A DNA stretch of 64,000 bases from an uncultured Candidatus Binatia bacterium (GCA_965200965.1 OZ241744.1:2592001-2656000), one strand, 5' to 3'; shown: positions 28,561 through 38,586, counted from the first letter of the stretch. Made by a program: numbers and translations. Notes: generated by a model from the letters alone, not told the origin.

Positions 28561-29817
28561 ATGACGATGGCTGATATGGTGGAGGAGGGACGGGAATATT
28601 GCCGTCTTCGGGGCGAGGGGCATTCAATCGAAGAAATCGCCTCAACGATTGGGAAGAGGGCTCAGTATGTCCGAGACCGGATTGCGGTGTGGAACTCTGG
28701 TGATGACCTCAAGAAAGTAGCAAAGGACATTGACCAAGGGGGGATAGGCAAGAACTTTGCCGCGCGGATCGCACGGCGGACCAAAGACGACCCTGAGAAG
28801 CAAAAGGAGTTGGTCAAGCGAGCGAAGAAGGGGCCTGAAGAGCGGGAAAAGATCAAGAAAGAGCTTAACCAAAACGGCCGGGTCGTGACCCGCTTTCCGC
28901 CCAAAGGAAGGGAACGGGAACTTGTCCCTGACCCTTCTCCTACTCCCGACCTGAACACCCTGGCCGGCGAGCTCCTGTTCGACATTGCCGAGTTGCGTAA
29001 CATTGAGCGGCTGCTTGACGACAAACGCCAAGTCATCTTTCAGGGGCCGCCCGGAACGGGCAAGACCTATGTTGCGCAGCAGCTGGCGGCCTGCCTGGCC
29101 GGCTCTGATGAGCGCGTCCGGCTGGTCCAGTTTCACCCGTCCTACGCCTACGAGGATTTCGTCCAAGGCTTCCGCCCCACGCTGGAGGGCGGGCAGCCCG
29201 GCTTTACGCTCAGAGACGGCCCGCTGCTGGAAACGGCCAAGAGGGCGCGGGAGGAGCCGGACACGCGCCACTTTCTGGTGATTGACGAAATCAACCGTGG
29301 CAATCTCGCCAAGGTGTTCGGTGAGCTCTATTTTCTGCTGGAGTACCGGGACCACAAGATGCGCCTGCTGTACGCCGATCGGCCGTTCTCGCTCCCCGCC
29401 AATCTCTTCATCATCGGCACGATGAACACCGCCGACCGCTCCATTGCGCTGGTAGACCTCGCGCTGCGCCGCCGCTTCCACTTCGTAGAGTTCCACCCCG
29501 ACACGCCGCCGGTCAAGGGGCTGCTGAGGCGTTGGCTGGCAGAGAACAAGCCCGATATGGCGCAGGTGGCCGCCCTTGTTGACCGTGCCAACGAGAAGCT
29601 GGACGACCGGCAGGCGGCCATCGGCCCGAGCTACTTTATGAAGGACGGCCTCAACGAGGAAACGCTGAGCCTGATCTGGCAGCACAACGTGCTCCCCTAC
29701 ATCGAAGAGCATCTGTATGGGGAGCGCGACCGCCTCGGCAAGTTCGCCCTTGATGAACTCCGGCGCGACGTGAGACAAGACCGCGGCGAGCAGGACGCCG
29801 GCGATGCGTCAGATTGA
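28561..29817 (+). CDS. mcrB: McrB-family AAA+ GTPase with ParB-like HTH N-terminus
   Basis: GPPGTGKT, QFHPSYAYEDF, IDEINRGN and MNTADRS signature. Confidence 0.9.
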   Translation: MTMADMVEEGREYCRLRGEGHSIEEIASTIGKRAQYVRDRIAVWNSGDDLKKVAKDIDQGGIGKNFAARIARRTKDDPEKQKELVKRAKKGPEEREKIKKELNQNGRVVTRFPPKGRERELVPDPSPTPDLNTLAGELLFDIAELRNIERLLDDKRQVIFQGPPGTGKTYVAQQLAACLAGSDERVRLVQFHPSYAYEDFVQGFRPTLEGGQPGFTLRDGPLLETAKRAREEPDTRHFLVIDEINRGNLAKVFGELYFLLEYRDHKMRLLYADRPFSLPANLFIIGTMNTADRSIALVDLALRRRFHFVEFHPDTPPVKGLLRRWLAENKPDMAQVAALVDRANEKLDDRQAAIGPSYFMKDGLNEETLSLIWQHNVLPYIEEHLYGERDRLGKFALDELRRDVRQDRGEQDAGDASD

Positions 29818-31039
29818 TCTGTGTGAACACGTCCCAAGCGCCCCCGTCCGGCTTTCTGTCACCGAGCGCGACCGCCTGCGTGAAGTCCTGCCCTCACTCG
29901 CCATTGCGCCGGCGCGTGGCCAAGACGGCGTGTACTGCCTGACCCCCGGTTCCACCATCGGCGCGCTTGAGATTGGCGAGCTGTCGGTATCCATCCGTCC
30001 CAAACTTGACATTGCGCGCGTCCTCTTCCTGGCCTCCTACGCCCTGGGCGCGTTCAGACTGCGGGACAGGGAGCGTTTCGATTTCGAGGACGCGCCGTCG
30101 CTTGTCGAAGCCCTGGCCTTAGCGCTTGTTGCCGCGGCCCGCCGGGCGTTTGCCCACGGCCTGCTCCACGGCTATCGGACCGAAGAAGAGGCCCTGCCCA
30201 CCGTTCGTGGCCGCGTCCGCACCGCCGAGCAGATACGCCGCCGGTTCGGCGTCGCTCCGCCCCTTGAAGTCCGCTACGACGAGTTTACCTGTGACATCAC
30301 GGCCAACCGCCTGGTGAAGGCGGCTGCCGCGCGGCTCGGTCGCAGACGGCTCCGCGGGCCGCGCACCCGCGCCGGCCTCGGCTGGGTCGGCACACGGCTG
30401 GAGAACGTATCGTCCGTCGAGTTCCCGGCGACCAGGGTTCCCGAAGTGGCATTTGACCGGCTGAACGCCCACTACCGCGAGGTCGTGGCCCTGTCGCGGC
30501 TCGTCCTGCGCCAGCACTCCTTTGAAGCCGGTCGCGGCCCCGCCCGGGCCGCCGGCTTTCTGATGGACATGAACACGGTCTTCCAGGGTTTTGTCACCCA
30601 GGCACTCCGGGAGAAACTCGGCCTCTCAGACAGAACATTCCGCACCGACACCGGCCTTCCCCGCCCCAGCCTTGATGAGGCCGGGCTGATTTTGCTCAAG
30701 CCCGACCTGTCGTGGTGGGACGGCCGGCGCTGCGTCTTTGTCGGCGACGCCAAGTACAAGCGCATCAACGAGCGCGTGCCCAACGCCGACCTCTATCAAC
30801 TCCTGGCCTACGCCAGCGCCCTTGAGTTGCCGGGCGGGCTGCTCGTCTATGCCGAGGGCGAGGCCGAGCCGGCGGTCCATCGCGTCCGCCACGCTGGAAA
30901 ACGGCTGGAGATTGCCGCCCTTGACCTGTCCGGAACAACAGATGCATTGCTGGCCGACATTGGCAAGCTGGCGCACAGCGTCCGCGCCTTGCGCCATACA
31001 GTTGGCGGCTTGAGGCCGGGCGGTGTCGCCGTGGCCTGA
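29804..31039 (+). CDS. mcrC: McrC-family restriction nuclease
   Basis: DMNTVFQ, LKPDL..DAKYK and DLYQLLAY; overlaps mcrB. Confidence 0.9.
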   Translation: MRQIDLCEHVPSAPVRLSVTERDRLREVLPSLAIAPARGQDGVYCLTPGSTIGALEIGELSVSIRPKLDIARVLFLASYALGAFRLRDRERFDFEDAPSLVEALALALVAAARRAFAHGLLHGYRTEEEALPTVRGRVRTAEQIRRRFGVAPPLEVRYDEFTCDITANRLVKAAAARLGRRRLRGPRTRAGLGWVGTRLENVSSVEFPATRVPEVAFDRLNAHYREVVALSRLVLRQHSFEAGRGPARAAGFLMDMNTVFQGFVTQALREKLGLSDRTFRTDTGLPRPSLDEAGLILLKPDLSWWDGRRCVFVGDAKYKRINERVPNADLYQLLAYASALELPGGLLVYAEGEAEPAVHRVRHAGKRLEIAALDLSGTTDALLADIGKLAHSVRALRHTVGGLRPGGVAVA

Positions 31040-31092
31040 CTTGTCCTGGCCGGTCCAGGATGCTTTAAGTTTCAGCCACAAGGAGGACAGCC

Positions 31093-31857
31093 ATGCCCAT
31101 GTTTGACGACTACGCCCACGCCTACAAGCACGTTCGCATGGAACGGCGGGACGGCATTTTGCAGATGCAACTCCACACCGACGGTGGCACGCTGCGCTGG
31201 GGAGAGGGGCCGCATTCCGAGTTGGGGCGCTGCTTTTACGATGTCGGCAGTGACCCGGACAACAAGGTCATTATTCTGACCGGGACGGAGGACAAGTTTA
31301 TCGCCCGCTTCGCGCGTGAGGACCAGTGGGAGATCACCCCCCAACGCTGGGACCATATCTACTGGGACGCCAAAAAGCTGCTGATGAACCACCTCGATAT
31401 TGAGGTACCGATGATTGCCGCGGTCAACGGCCCGGCCACCATCCACGCCGAGCTGGGCGTGCTGTGTGATATCGTGCTGGCGACCGAGGACAGCGTCTTC
31501 CAGGACGCGCCCCATTTTCCAAACGGCATCGTGCCAGGCGATGGCGTGCATGTGGTCTGGCCGCTGCTGCTCGGCATCAACCGGGGCCGCTACTTTCTGC
31601 TGACCGGCCAGAAGCTATCGGCTCAGGACGCGCTGAACCTCGGTGTGGTGAACGAGATTGTGCCGCGTGAGCAACTGCTGGCCCGCGCCTGGGAGCTGGC
31701 CGGGCAGATCGCCGACCAACCGCGGCTGACCGTCCGCTACGCCCGGGTTGCCCTCACCCAGCAACTCAAGCGGCTGATGCTTGACCACCTCGGCTACGGC
31801 CTGTCGCTGGAAGGCTTGGGCGCGAACGATTACTGGCCGGGCGGCAAAAAGCGTTAG
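31093..31857 (+). CDS. Enoyl-CoA hydratase/crotonase family (6-oxocamphor hydrolase-like)
   Basis: [13 protein letters not shown] and DAPHF..G.VPGDG. Confidence 0.88.
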   Translation: MPMFDDYAHAYKHVRMERRDGILQMQLHTDGGTLRWGEGPHSELGRCFYDVGSDPDNKVIILTGTEDKFIARFAREDQWEITPQRWDHIYWDAKKLLMNHLDIEVPMIAAVNGPATIHAELGVLCDIVLATEDSVFQDAPHFPNGIVPGDGVHVVWPLLLGINRGRYFLLTGQKLSAQDALNLGVVNEIVPREQLLARAWELAGQIADQPRLTVRYARVALTQQLKRLMLDHLGYGLSLEGLGANDYWPGGKKR

Positions 31858-33062
31858 AGCGGACGGTCGCTGGCTTGGCCCAACAGGTATTTGCCCATCA
31901 GTTCGGCCACCCGGTCGGGGTGGGCGTTGATATGCAGCGGCATGGCCTGAAAGTCACGATAACGGCGCGCAAAGGACCCGCTCTCACGCAGGCCATTGCC
32001 GCCCTGGACCCTGAGCATCAGGCGCATGGCTTCGTCACACAGCCGCAGGGCAACCATGCTGTAGCCCAACTGACGCAGATAATCGGCTTCGGTCGGGCTT
32101 CTCCCGGCTTCAATGCGGGCGTCGGTCTCGGTGCAGCCCGTTTCGACCGCGGCCCGGGCCGCAGCAATTGAGGCCCCGGCCTGACCGATGTTGAGTTGCG
32201 CCGAGGGCCGTTCGGCGACTTTGACGCCAAAGATGGCGACCCGGTCTGCCAGTTCAGCACAGGCTTCCTCCAACGCGGCGCTGGCAAGGCCGACCGCTTG
32301 GGCGGCGAGCCACAGGTCTGACAGGGCAACCCAGTCTTCCCGATAGCGTTGGGCCACAACGGGGGTCTGGGGGTCGCGGAAGGTGTAACGAAAATCGAGC
32401 GGAAAAGGCCGCAGCAGGGAGGCCGGAATCGAGACCGCCTCGTAGTTGATATGGTCGGTGGCCGACGCCCGCAGGCTCATCGAGTTCCAGGTTGGATCAA
32501 TCGACACCCCCGGGGTGTCGGTCCGAACCAGCGTAAAACGCATATCCGGCTTCCCCTTGGGCTGTGTCTCCCTATCGTCCAAAGCAAACACACACGCCGC
32601 CCACTCGCCATAGCGCGAGCCAGAGGCAAAACTTGCCCGGCCGCTCAGAATCACCCGGTCTCCGTCACACCGGCCCCGCACACTCGTTCCCGCTCCAGCC
32701 GGAAAACTGACCCATTCCCGCTTGTCCACAATCTGCCCTAAGAGGGCCGCGGCCTGTGGTCCCATCTGGGCCACAATGAAGTGGAACACGCACAGATGAT
32801 TCCACACACACCAGGCGGTTGAGGCGCAGCGGCCGGCTACTGCCTCAAGCTCCCTGGCAATCTGGCCGATGCTGGCCTCTACCCCACCGATAGTGCGGCT
32901 GGCCGACAGGCGCATGACATCGGTCTGTTTGAGGGCCTGAATAAGGTCCGGGTCAAGGCTGCGGGTGCGGTCGGCCTGGGGAGCTTGCTCGGCAATCCGG
33001 TCCAGCAGCGGCGCGCAAACCAATGGGTGCTCCCGCCCCATAAACTCCTGTACGCTATTCAT
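31854..33062 (-). CDS. Acyl-CoA dehydrogenase-like flavin-dependent monooxygenase (HsaA-like)
   Basis: [20 protein letters not shown] and RRYRD..A..LH. Confidence 0.8.
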   Translation of the reverse strand: MNSVQEFMGREHPLVCAPLLDRIAEQAPQADRTRSLDPDLIQALKQTDVMRLSASRTIGGVEASIGQIARELEAVAGRCASTAWCVWNHLCVFHFIVAQMGPQAAALLGQIVDKREWVSFPAGAGTSVRGRCDGDRVILSGRASFASGSRYGEWAACVFALDDRETQPKGKPDMRFTLVRTDTPGVSIDPTWNSMSLRASATDHINYEAVSIPASLLRPFPLDFRYTFRDPQTPVVAQRYREDWVALSDLWLAAQAVGLASAALEEACAELADRVAIFGVKVAERPSAQLNIGQAGASIAAARAAVETGCTETDARIEAGRSPTEADYLRQLGYSMVALRLCDEAMRLMLRVQGGNGLRESGSFARRYRDFQAMPLHINAHPDRVAELMGKYLLGQASDRPL

Positions 33063-33080
33063 ACGCAGACTCTCCTTCTC

Positions 33081-34475
33081 CTACCCTTGCCAGTATTGCT
33101 GCACCCAGGCCAGGGCGGCTTCACGGCTCGCCAGCTTGCCTTCGAGCTGCGCGTCTTCAACCGCGGTCAGAATGTCTGTGAAGCGCGGTCCGGGGCGGAG
33201 GCCAAGGGCGATGAGATCACGGCCGGTCAGGAGACGCGGCGGCGCGAGTTGGACCGGCCCGAGGCGTTCTCGCTGCCGGCGGCAGAACTCGTATGGACGC
33301 AGGTCGCCGCTTGAGGCCAGGGCGTCGAGGCGCGCCAACTCCAACAGTTCTTCAATGCCGTCTTCGCGCAGAAACCGTTTGAGCTTGGCCGGACGCATAT
33401 TCGGGGCGCTGAGCAGCCGCAGATGGTTCTTGACCAGATAGGCCACCCGCTGCCACACTGCGCGTGAGCGTTTCAGCCGTTGACAGATGGCCACCGCCTG
33501 CTCTGCCCCCTGCTCACAGTGACCAGAAAACGTGGTGCGCTGTGGCTTGACCATGTCGTGCAGCAGAGCGCCAAGCGCCAAAGTTTCGCTCAGGACGGAA
33601 TGTGTCGCTTTCCCCTCGGTCTGTTGACACGTTTCGTCCTGTGGCCGCCCATCTGCCCATTTGTCCAGTTCGGCCAGCAGCAGCAGGGTATGGGTGAACA
33701 CATCCCCCTGTGGATGAAAATCGGGCGATTGCTCAACGCCGCGCAGCGCTTCGATTTCGGGCAGGATGACGGCCAGCAGGCCGGTCTCGGCCAGCAGTTG
33801 AAAACCGCGCTGGCCCCCGCCCTCGGTGAGAATCTTGACGACCTCGTCACCGATCCGTTCCCAGGCGATAGTGCTGATCCTTGGGGCGAGGGCTTGGAGG
33901 GCGGCGAAGGTCTGGGGGGCGAGGGCAAATCCCAGCCGGGCGGCAAACCGGACGGCGCGGATCAGGCGCAAGTGATCCTCGCGGAAACGGGCCACCGGAT
34001 CGCCAATGGCCCGGATCACCCGCTGGCTCAGGTCGTGTTGGCCGCCAACATAATCAATGACCTGCTCGGTAACGGTATCGTAGAACATGCCGTTGATGGT
34101 GAAATCGCGCCGCCGCGCGTCTTCCCGCGCATCAAGGCCGGAATGTGTCGCCTTCCCCTCGAGATGTTGACACGTTTCATCCTTGCTGAAGCGGACGCCG
34201 GTCGGGTGGCGTCCGTCAAGATAGCGGCCGTCGGCCCGAAAGGTCGCCACCTCTACTTTTGAGACCAGCACGACCCCGAACTGCACCCCAATTGGGACGG
34301 CCTGGGGAAACAGGCTCAGGACTTGGTCGACCCGGGCGCTGGTTGCCACATCAAAATCCTTGGCCTCCAGCCCCAGCAGGCGGTCGCGTACACAGCCCCC
34401 GGCCAGATAGGCGCTGAAACCGTGGGCGTGCAGCGTCTCAATAATCGTTCGAGCATGGCGTTCCTGGGGGCTCAC
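33081..34475 (-). CDS. cca: CCA tRNA nucleotidyltransferase with HD domain (two 17-aa element insertions)
   Basis: GGCVRD, KDFDVAT, EVATFR, RRDFTIN, EDHLRLIRAVRF and LLHD; GTG start inferred. Confidence 0.93.
   Translation of the reverse strand: MSPQERHARTIIETLHAHGFSAYLAGGCVRDRLLGLEAKDFDVATSARVDQVLSLFPQAVPIGVQFGVVLVSKVEVATFRADGRYLDGRHPTGVRFSKDETCQHLEGKATHSGLDAREDARRRDFTINGMFYDTVTEQVIDYVGGQHDLSQRVIRAIGDPVARFREDHLRLIRAVRFAARLGFALAPQTFAALQALAPRISTIAWERIGDEVVKILTEGGGQRGFQLLAETGLLAVILPEIEALRGVEQSPDFHPQGDVFTHTLLLLAELDKWADGRPQDETCQQTEGKATHSVLSETLALGALLHDMVKPQRTTFSGHCEQGAEQAVAICQRLKRSRAVWQRVAYLVKNHLRLLSAPNMRPAKLKRFLREDGIEELLELARLDALASSGDLRPYEFCRRQRERLGPVQLAPPRLLTGRDLIALGLRPGPRFTDILTAVEDAQLEGKLASREAALAWVQQYWQG
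33591..33641. repeat. 51-bp palindromic element family 1, in frame in the cca HD domain
   Basis: CAGG ACGGAA TGTGTCGCTTTC CCCTCGGTCTGT TGACACG TTTCGT CCTG; encodes QDETCQQTEGKATHSVL. Confidence 0.95.
34134..34184. repeat. 51-bp palindromic element family 1, in frame in the cca catalytic head
   Basis: AAGG CCGGAA TGTGTCGCCTTC CCCTCGAGATGT TGACACG TTTCAT CCTT; encodes KDETCQHLEGKATHSGL. Confidence 0.95.
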
Positions 34476-34547
34476 CCGGCTATGGTGACACGGCCAGGAA
34501 GCAGGATCAACTTGTCGGAGACGGTCCGGCTGGTTAGACTGAGGCCC

Positions 34548-36014
34548 ATGAAGCTGACGGCAGAACAGGTGTGCGCCGCCACGCGCGGAACGCTGAGCTC
34601 CGGGCCGGCAGACACGCTGTTTCGTTCGGTGACAATTGACTCCCGCACGGCCAGCCAGGGGGCTTTGTTTGTACCGCTGCCCGGTGCCAGGACCGACGGC
34701 CATGCCTATCTTGGGGCGGCCGTTCGGCGGGGAGCCGCCGGCTTCCTGTACGCCCGCCAGGCCGTGGCCACGCTGCCAACCGGGGCAAGGGCGAAACGTG
34801 CCAACATCCCGGGGGGAAGGCGACACGTTCCGGCCTTGGTGAGCATTGGCGTATCAGACCCCCTGACCGCCCTCCAGGACCTCTCGGCCTGGCACCGCGC
34901 CAGACTGCCGGCCACGGTCGTCGGCATCGCCGGCAGTAACGGCAAGACGACCACCAAAGAATTGCTGGCCCAGGTGTGCGCCGCTCACCGGCCGAGCCTG
35001 GCCACCCCGGGCAACCTGAACAATCAGATCGGCCTGCCGCTCAGCCTGCTGCGGGCCGACGGTGACGAAGACATCCTGATCCTGGAGATGGGTACCAGCG
35101 GCCCCGGTGAGCTGAGCAGGCTCAGCCGCCTGGCCCGTCCGCATATCGGGGTCATCACCTCAATTGCCGAAGAGCATACCGAGATGCTGACCGACCTGTC
35201 CGGTGTGATCGAAGCCGAGACCGAGCTGCTCGCGGCTCTGCCCGGCGATGGGCTGGCAATTGTGCCTGGCGATGATGCCGCCCTGGTGGAGACCGTCCGG
35301 GGCCGGGCCGTGTGTCGGATTGTCACCTTTGGCGAACACGCGAGCAACGCCTTCCGGGCCGCTGACATCCGGGTTTCCCGGCAGGGAACGCAGTTCATGG
35401 CCCAGACCCCGCTTGGGGCCCGTCCGGTCCGCCTGGGTCTGCTGGGCAGTCATTTTGCCCTGGCCGCGCTGGTGGCGATTGCCGTTGCAACTGAGTGCGG
35501 TATTGGCCTGGACGCGGTATGCGAGACCCTGGGCACGGCCCGCGGCGCGCCGCGGCGCATGGCGGTCATTGCCGTGCCCGAGTGCGGCCTGACGATTCTT
35601 GACGACTGCTACAATGCTAATCCCGCCTCCGTGCAACAGGCCCTGCTGACCGCCGGGCAGGTGCGTACCGCGGGCGAGCGGCTGATCGTCGTGCTGGGCG
35701 ATATGCGGGAGTTGGGAGCGATCAGCCTGGTCCGCCACCAGGAAATGGGCGAGCTGGTGGCGCGCCTTGACCCCCACCCGGACCTGCTTGTTACGGTGGG
35801 ACAGGAAGCCCGGGCTATTGCCGACCAGGCCCGGGCCAAAGGGGTAGCGGTCCAGACCTTTGCTGCGGCGGATGAGGCCGCGGCTTTTCTCCACGACACC
35901 CTTCGGCCCTCTGCCGGCCGGCACTTGGTGCTGGTCAAAGGCTCGCGCGGAGTACAGCTTGAACGTGTCAGCCAAGCCCTGACCGGCCCCTGCCCGGATG
36001 AGAGCGAGGCGTGA
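34548..36014 (+). CDS. murF: UDP-MurNAc-tripeptide--D-Ala-D-Ala ligase
   Basis: IDSR, DGH, GSNGKTTTKE, NNQIGLP, DCYNANP, LGDMRELG and KGSRG. Confidence 0.96.
   Translation: MKLTAEQVCAATRGTLSSGPADTLFRSVTIDSRTASQGALFVPLPGARTDGHAYLGAAVRRGAAGFLYARQAVATLPTGARAKRANIPGGRRHVPALVSIGVSDPLTALQDLSAWHRARLPATVVGIAGSNGKTTTKELLAQVCAAHRPSLATPGNLNNQIGLPLSLLRADGDEDILILEMGTSGPGELSRLSRLARPHIGVITSIAEEHTEMLTDLSGVIEAETELLAALPGDGLAIVPGDDAALVETVRGRAVCRIVTFGEHASNAFRAADIRVSRQGTQFMAQTPLGARPVRLGLLGSHFALAALVAIAVATECGIGLDAVCETLGTARGAPRRMAVIAVPECGLTILDDCYNANPASVQQALLTAGQVRTAGERLIVVLGDMRELGAISLVRHQEMGELVARLDPHPDLLVTVGQEARAIADQARAKGVAVQTFAAADEAAAFLHDTLRPSAGRHLVLVKGSRGVQLERVSQALTGPCPDESEA
34787..34837. repeat. 51-bp palindromic element family 1, in frame in murF
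   Basis: AAGG GCGAAA CGTGCCA ACATCCCGGGGG GAAGGCGACACG TTCCGG CCTT; encodes RAKRANIPGGRRHVPAL. Confidence 0.93.
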
Positions 36015-36054
36015 AGACGTTGACGATGGGGCCAAGTCTGCCTAGAGTCTGGTT

Positions 36055-37293
36055 ATGATTTCTGTACACGACGCAGTCACCCGGATTCTTGAGACCGTCA
36101 CCCCGCTGGCCGGGGAGCGGGTCAGCCTGTTCGAGGCCAGCGGGCGGGTCCTGGCCGAAACCATCGCCTCCGAGCGCGCCATCCCGCCTTTTGATAACTC
36201 GGCCATGGACGGCTATGCGGTGCGCTGGCAGGACATCCGTGAGGCCGGCGTTGACCAGCCGGCCGAGCTGCGCGTTTTTGAGGTCATCCAGGCCGGCCTT
36301 GTCCCCAACAAGACGGTGACGCCCGGCACGGCCAGCAAGATCATGACCGGCGCGGTGGTTCCGCCCGGTGCCGACACCGTCATCCGGCTTGAGGATACGC
36401 AGGAGCGTGACGGGCGGGTCCTGATTCAGCGGACAAACGCCGTGGGGGCCAACATCCGGGCCACCGGCGAGGATATCCGCCCGGGCCAGGTGATTTTGGA
36501 AAAAGGGCGGGTGCTGCGGCCGGCCGATATTGGGCTGCTGGCCTCTGTTGGGCGGAGTTTTGCGCTGGTGTGCCAACGCCCCCGGGTCGCTGTTCTCAGC
36601 ACCGGCAATGAGTTGGTTGAGGTCGATGGCACGCTGCGGCCGGGCCAGATTGTCAATTCCAACGCCTATACCCTGGCGGCCGCGGTCCGGGACGCCGGCG
36701 GGGTGCCGGTGCCGCTCGCCATCGCCCGGGACGCGCTCGAGGAGACCCGCGGCGCGCTGCACGAAGCCGTCCGTCACGATGTGGTGCTGTCTACCGGCGG
36801 CGTGTCGGTCGGCGATTTTGACTTTGTCAAAGCAGCGATGGACGAGTTGGGGATGCACCGTCTGTTCTGGCAGGTGGCCCAGCGGCCGGGCAAACCGCTG
36901 ACCTTCGGGCTGCTCAAAGAACGGCCCTGTTTTGGTCTGCCGGGCAACCCGGTTTCGGCCCTGGTGTGTTTTTATCTGTATGTCCGGCCCAGCCTGCGGC
37001 GGATGCTGGGACACACCCGGCTGTTCCCCCCCCTTGTGTCGGCCACCCTGAGTGAAGACATTCCCGTCGCCCCAAACCTGACCGAGTTTGTGCGTTGTCA
37101 GCTCAGCCAACACAAGGGGCACTACACGGCCCGTTCGACCGGCAGCCAAAGCTCGGGGGTGCTGAGTTCCCTGTCGCTTGGCCAGGGGCTCATCATCGGC
37201 CCGCGGGACCAGACCCTGCTCGCCAAGGGCGCGCAGGTCCAAGTGCTCGTGCTTGACGGGGAGATGTTCGCCGGCGAAACCGCGCCATTCTGA
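36055..37293 (+). CDS. moeA: Molybdopterin molybdenumtransferase
   Basis: PPFDNSAMDGYA, IMTGA, STGNEL, TGGVSVGDFD and GLPGNPVS. Confidence 0.97.
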   Translation: MISVHDAVTRILETVTPLAGERVSLFEASGRVLAETIASERAIPPFDNSAMDGYAVRWQDIREAGVDQPAELRVFEVIQAGLVPNKTVTPGTASKIMTGAVVPPGADTVIRLEDTQERDGRVLIQRTNAVGANIRATGEDIRPGQVILEKGRVLRPADIGLLASVGRSFALVCQRPRVAVLSTGNELVEVDGTLRPGQIVNSNAYTLAAAVRDAGGVPVPLAIARDALEETRGALHEAVRHDVVLSTGGVSVGDFDFVKAAMDELGMHRLFWQVAQRPGKPLTFGLLKERPCFGLPGNPVSALVCFYLYVRPSLRRMLGHTRLFPPLVSATLSEDIPVAPNLTEFVRCQLSQHKGHYTARSTGSQSSGVLSSLSLGQGLIIGPRDQTLLAKGAQVQVLVLDGEMFAGETAPF

Positions 37294-37343
37294 CGAAAAT
37301 CAGCATATCGGATGACGTTCCGCTCCTCCGACCTGATTCTTGT
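37294..37343. terminator. Imperfect long hairpin between convergent moeA and island end
   Basis: GAAAATCAG..TCGGA...TCCGA.CTGATTCT. Confidence 0.45.
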
Positions 37344-37352
37344 GCTTGCACC

Positions 37353-38132
37353 TCAGGCAGCCAGGCCGAGCTTCCGTTGCAGATCGTCTTGCGCATCAAG
37401 GGAGGCCACGGCGGTGTCAGCCACATTGGTTAATCGGGCGAGATCGAGCCGGGGGATTTCCTGCTGATCCTCAAACACGATCACCGACTCGAAAGAGAGC
37501 TTGTGCAGCAGGAAATGCGAGAGCATGATTGTTGTCAGCCGCGCTTTATCGCGGTTCGGAACGCCATAGAGAAACACGGGTCGCTCGCGCCTGCCCCAGA
37601 GACGATAATCCACACGGTAGCTGTTCCCATCCGGGATGTCCGGCGGAGCATGGTCCGCTTCAATGTCCTCTGCGTCAATCATGCTGAAAAGCGTGGCCTT
37701 CAGGTCTTCGTAAAACGTCGAAGCGACATGTGCCCGGCTCAGGAAGGTCAAATCGTACACCTTGGTCAAGGCTTGGCCGAACTGAAACACGGCCTCGGCA
37801 AGCTGCTCCGGCGCAACCTCAACAGAAAAGACGCCGGCCCGCTCCCGCATCCCGGCTTCCCGAACCACCTGCTCAAGGAGCGCGTCGCGAGTCCCCTCAA
37901 GGAAGGCGTCCACATCGTGCTCATAGCTGATGTGCATTAAGGTGTGGCCCTGATCGCTCAAGACCACCCCACCGGTCCGGGTCTCGGTCAAGTAGATCGG
38001 GTACTGGTCCCCGTCTGGAAAGGTGAACGGGGTGTCCAGCATGAGCGTGCCGTCATCGCGCTTATGAACAGCGACCTTGGCGCACAGGCGCTCGCACAGC
38101 GTCTTTTCCAGCAGCGGGAAGTCAAGCACCAT
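37353..38132 (-). CDS. DUF1828-like protein (C-terminal restriction-endonuclease-like fold possible)
   Basis: TPFTFPDGD..IYL...LSDQGHTL; TFYEDL; Y.VDY. Confidence 0.7.
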   Translation of the reverse strand: MVLDFPLLEKTLCERLCAKVAVHKRDDGTLMLDTPFTFPDGDQYPIYLTETRTGGVVLSDQGHTLMHISYEHDVDAFLEGTRDALLEQVVREAGMRERAGVFSVEVAPEQLAEAVFQFGQALTKVYDLTFLSRAHVASTFYEDLKATLFSMIDAEDIEADHAPPDIPDGNSYRVDYRLWGRRERPVFLYGVPNRDKARLTTIMLSHFLLHKLSFESVIVFEDQQEIPRLDLARLTNVADTAVASLDAQDDLQRKLGLAA

Positions 38133-38586
38133 AAAACAGGCCCTCTTGTTCATCTGGAACAGCGAGTCCCCGGATACCGCAATCCTGAATCAGACAGGCG
38201 AGCGCACCTTCCAGGGTCCGATACCGGTCCGTTTCCTCGGCTTGGCTGTCCTCCTTCTTGCCGGCGGCAATGGCCTCGGCTGTGGAGCGATGAATGTGGC
38301 AATGGTAGTGAATGCTGCCATGCCGATGGCTTGCGCCGTTGTAGCGGACGAGACTGAGCGGCCTCTCGCCCTTCTGAATCAAGGCGAGGCCACACGAAAA
38401 GTCCTTAGTGTCCTGCGTATTTTGCCGCTGATACACCCGATATCTGGTTCCGTGCTCTGTTTCAGCTTCATAATTTCGTTGCTTGTGGCCGGGTTTGTCA
38501 ACCCAGCGAGCGTTCGGATTTGTGACCCGCTTTGGAGTCGAACGCAGTTCGTTGAGCTCGTCGTCTGAAAAGAGTTGGTCAGTCAC
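38122..38586 (-). CDS. Hypothetical partner of the DUF1828-like gene (His-rich, DUF6978-like)
   Basis: YQRQN, FSCGL and LVRYNG..H.H...HCHIH; overlaps the downstream gene. Confidence 0.65.
   Translation of the reverse strand: MTDQLFSDDELNELRSTPKRVTNPNARWVDKPGHKQRNYEAETEHGTRYRVYQRQNTQDTKDFSCGLALIQKGERPLSLVRYNGASHRHGSIHYHCHIHRSTAEAIAAGKKEDSQAEETDRYRTLEGALACLIQDCGIRGLAVPDEQEGLFYGA

Noticed and set aside
34476-34826. N-terminal extensions of cca and murF (and of mltG/M23, lspA, rpmA) in the ORF track
   Set aside because: Longest-ORF artefacts overlapping neighbouring genes; internal starts fit the families better.
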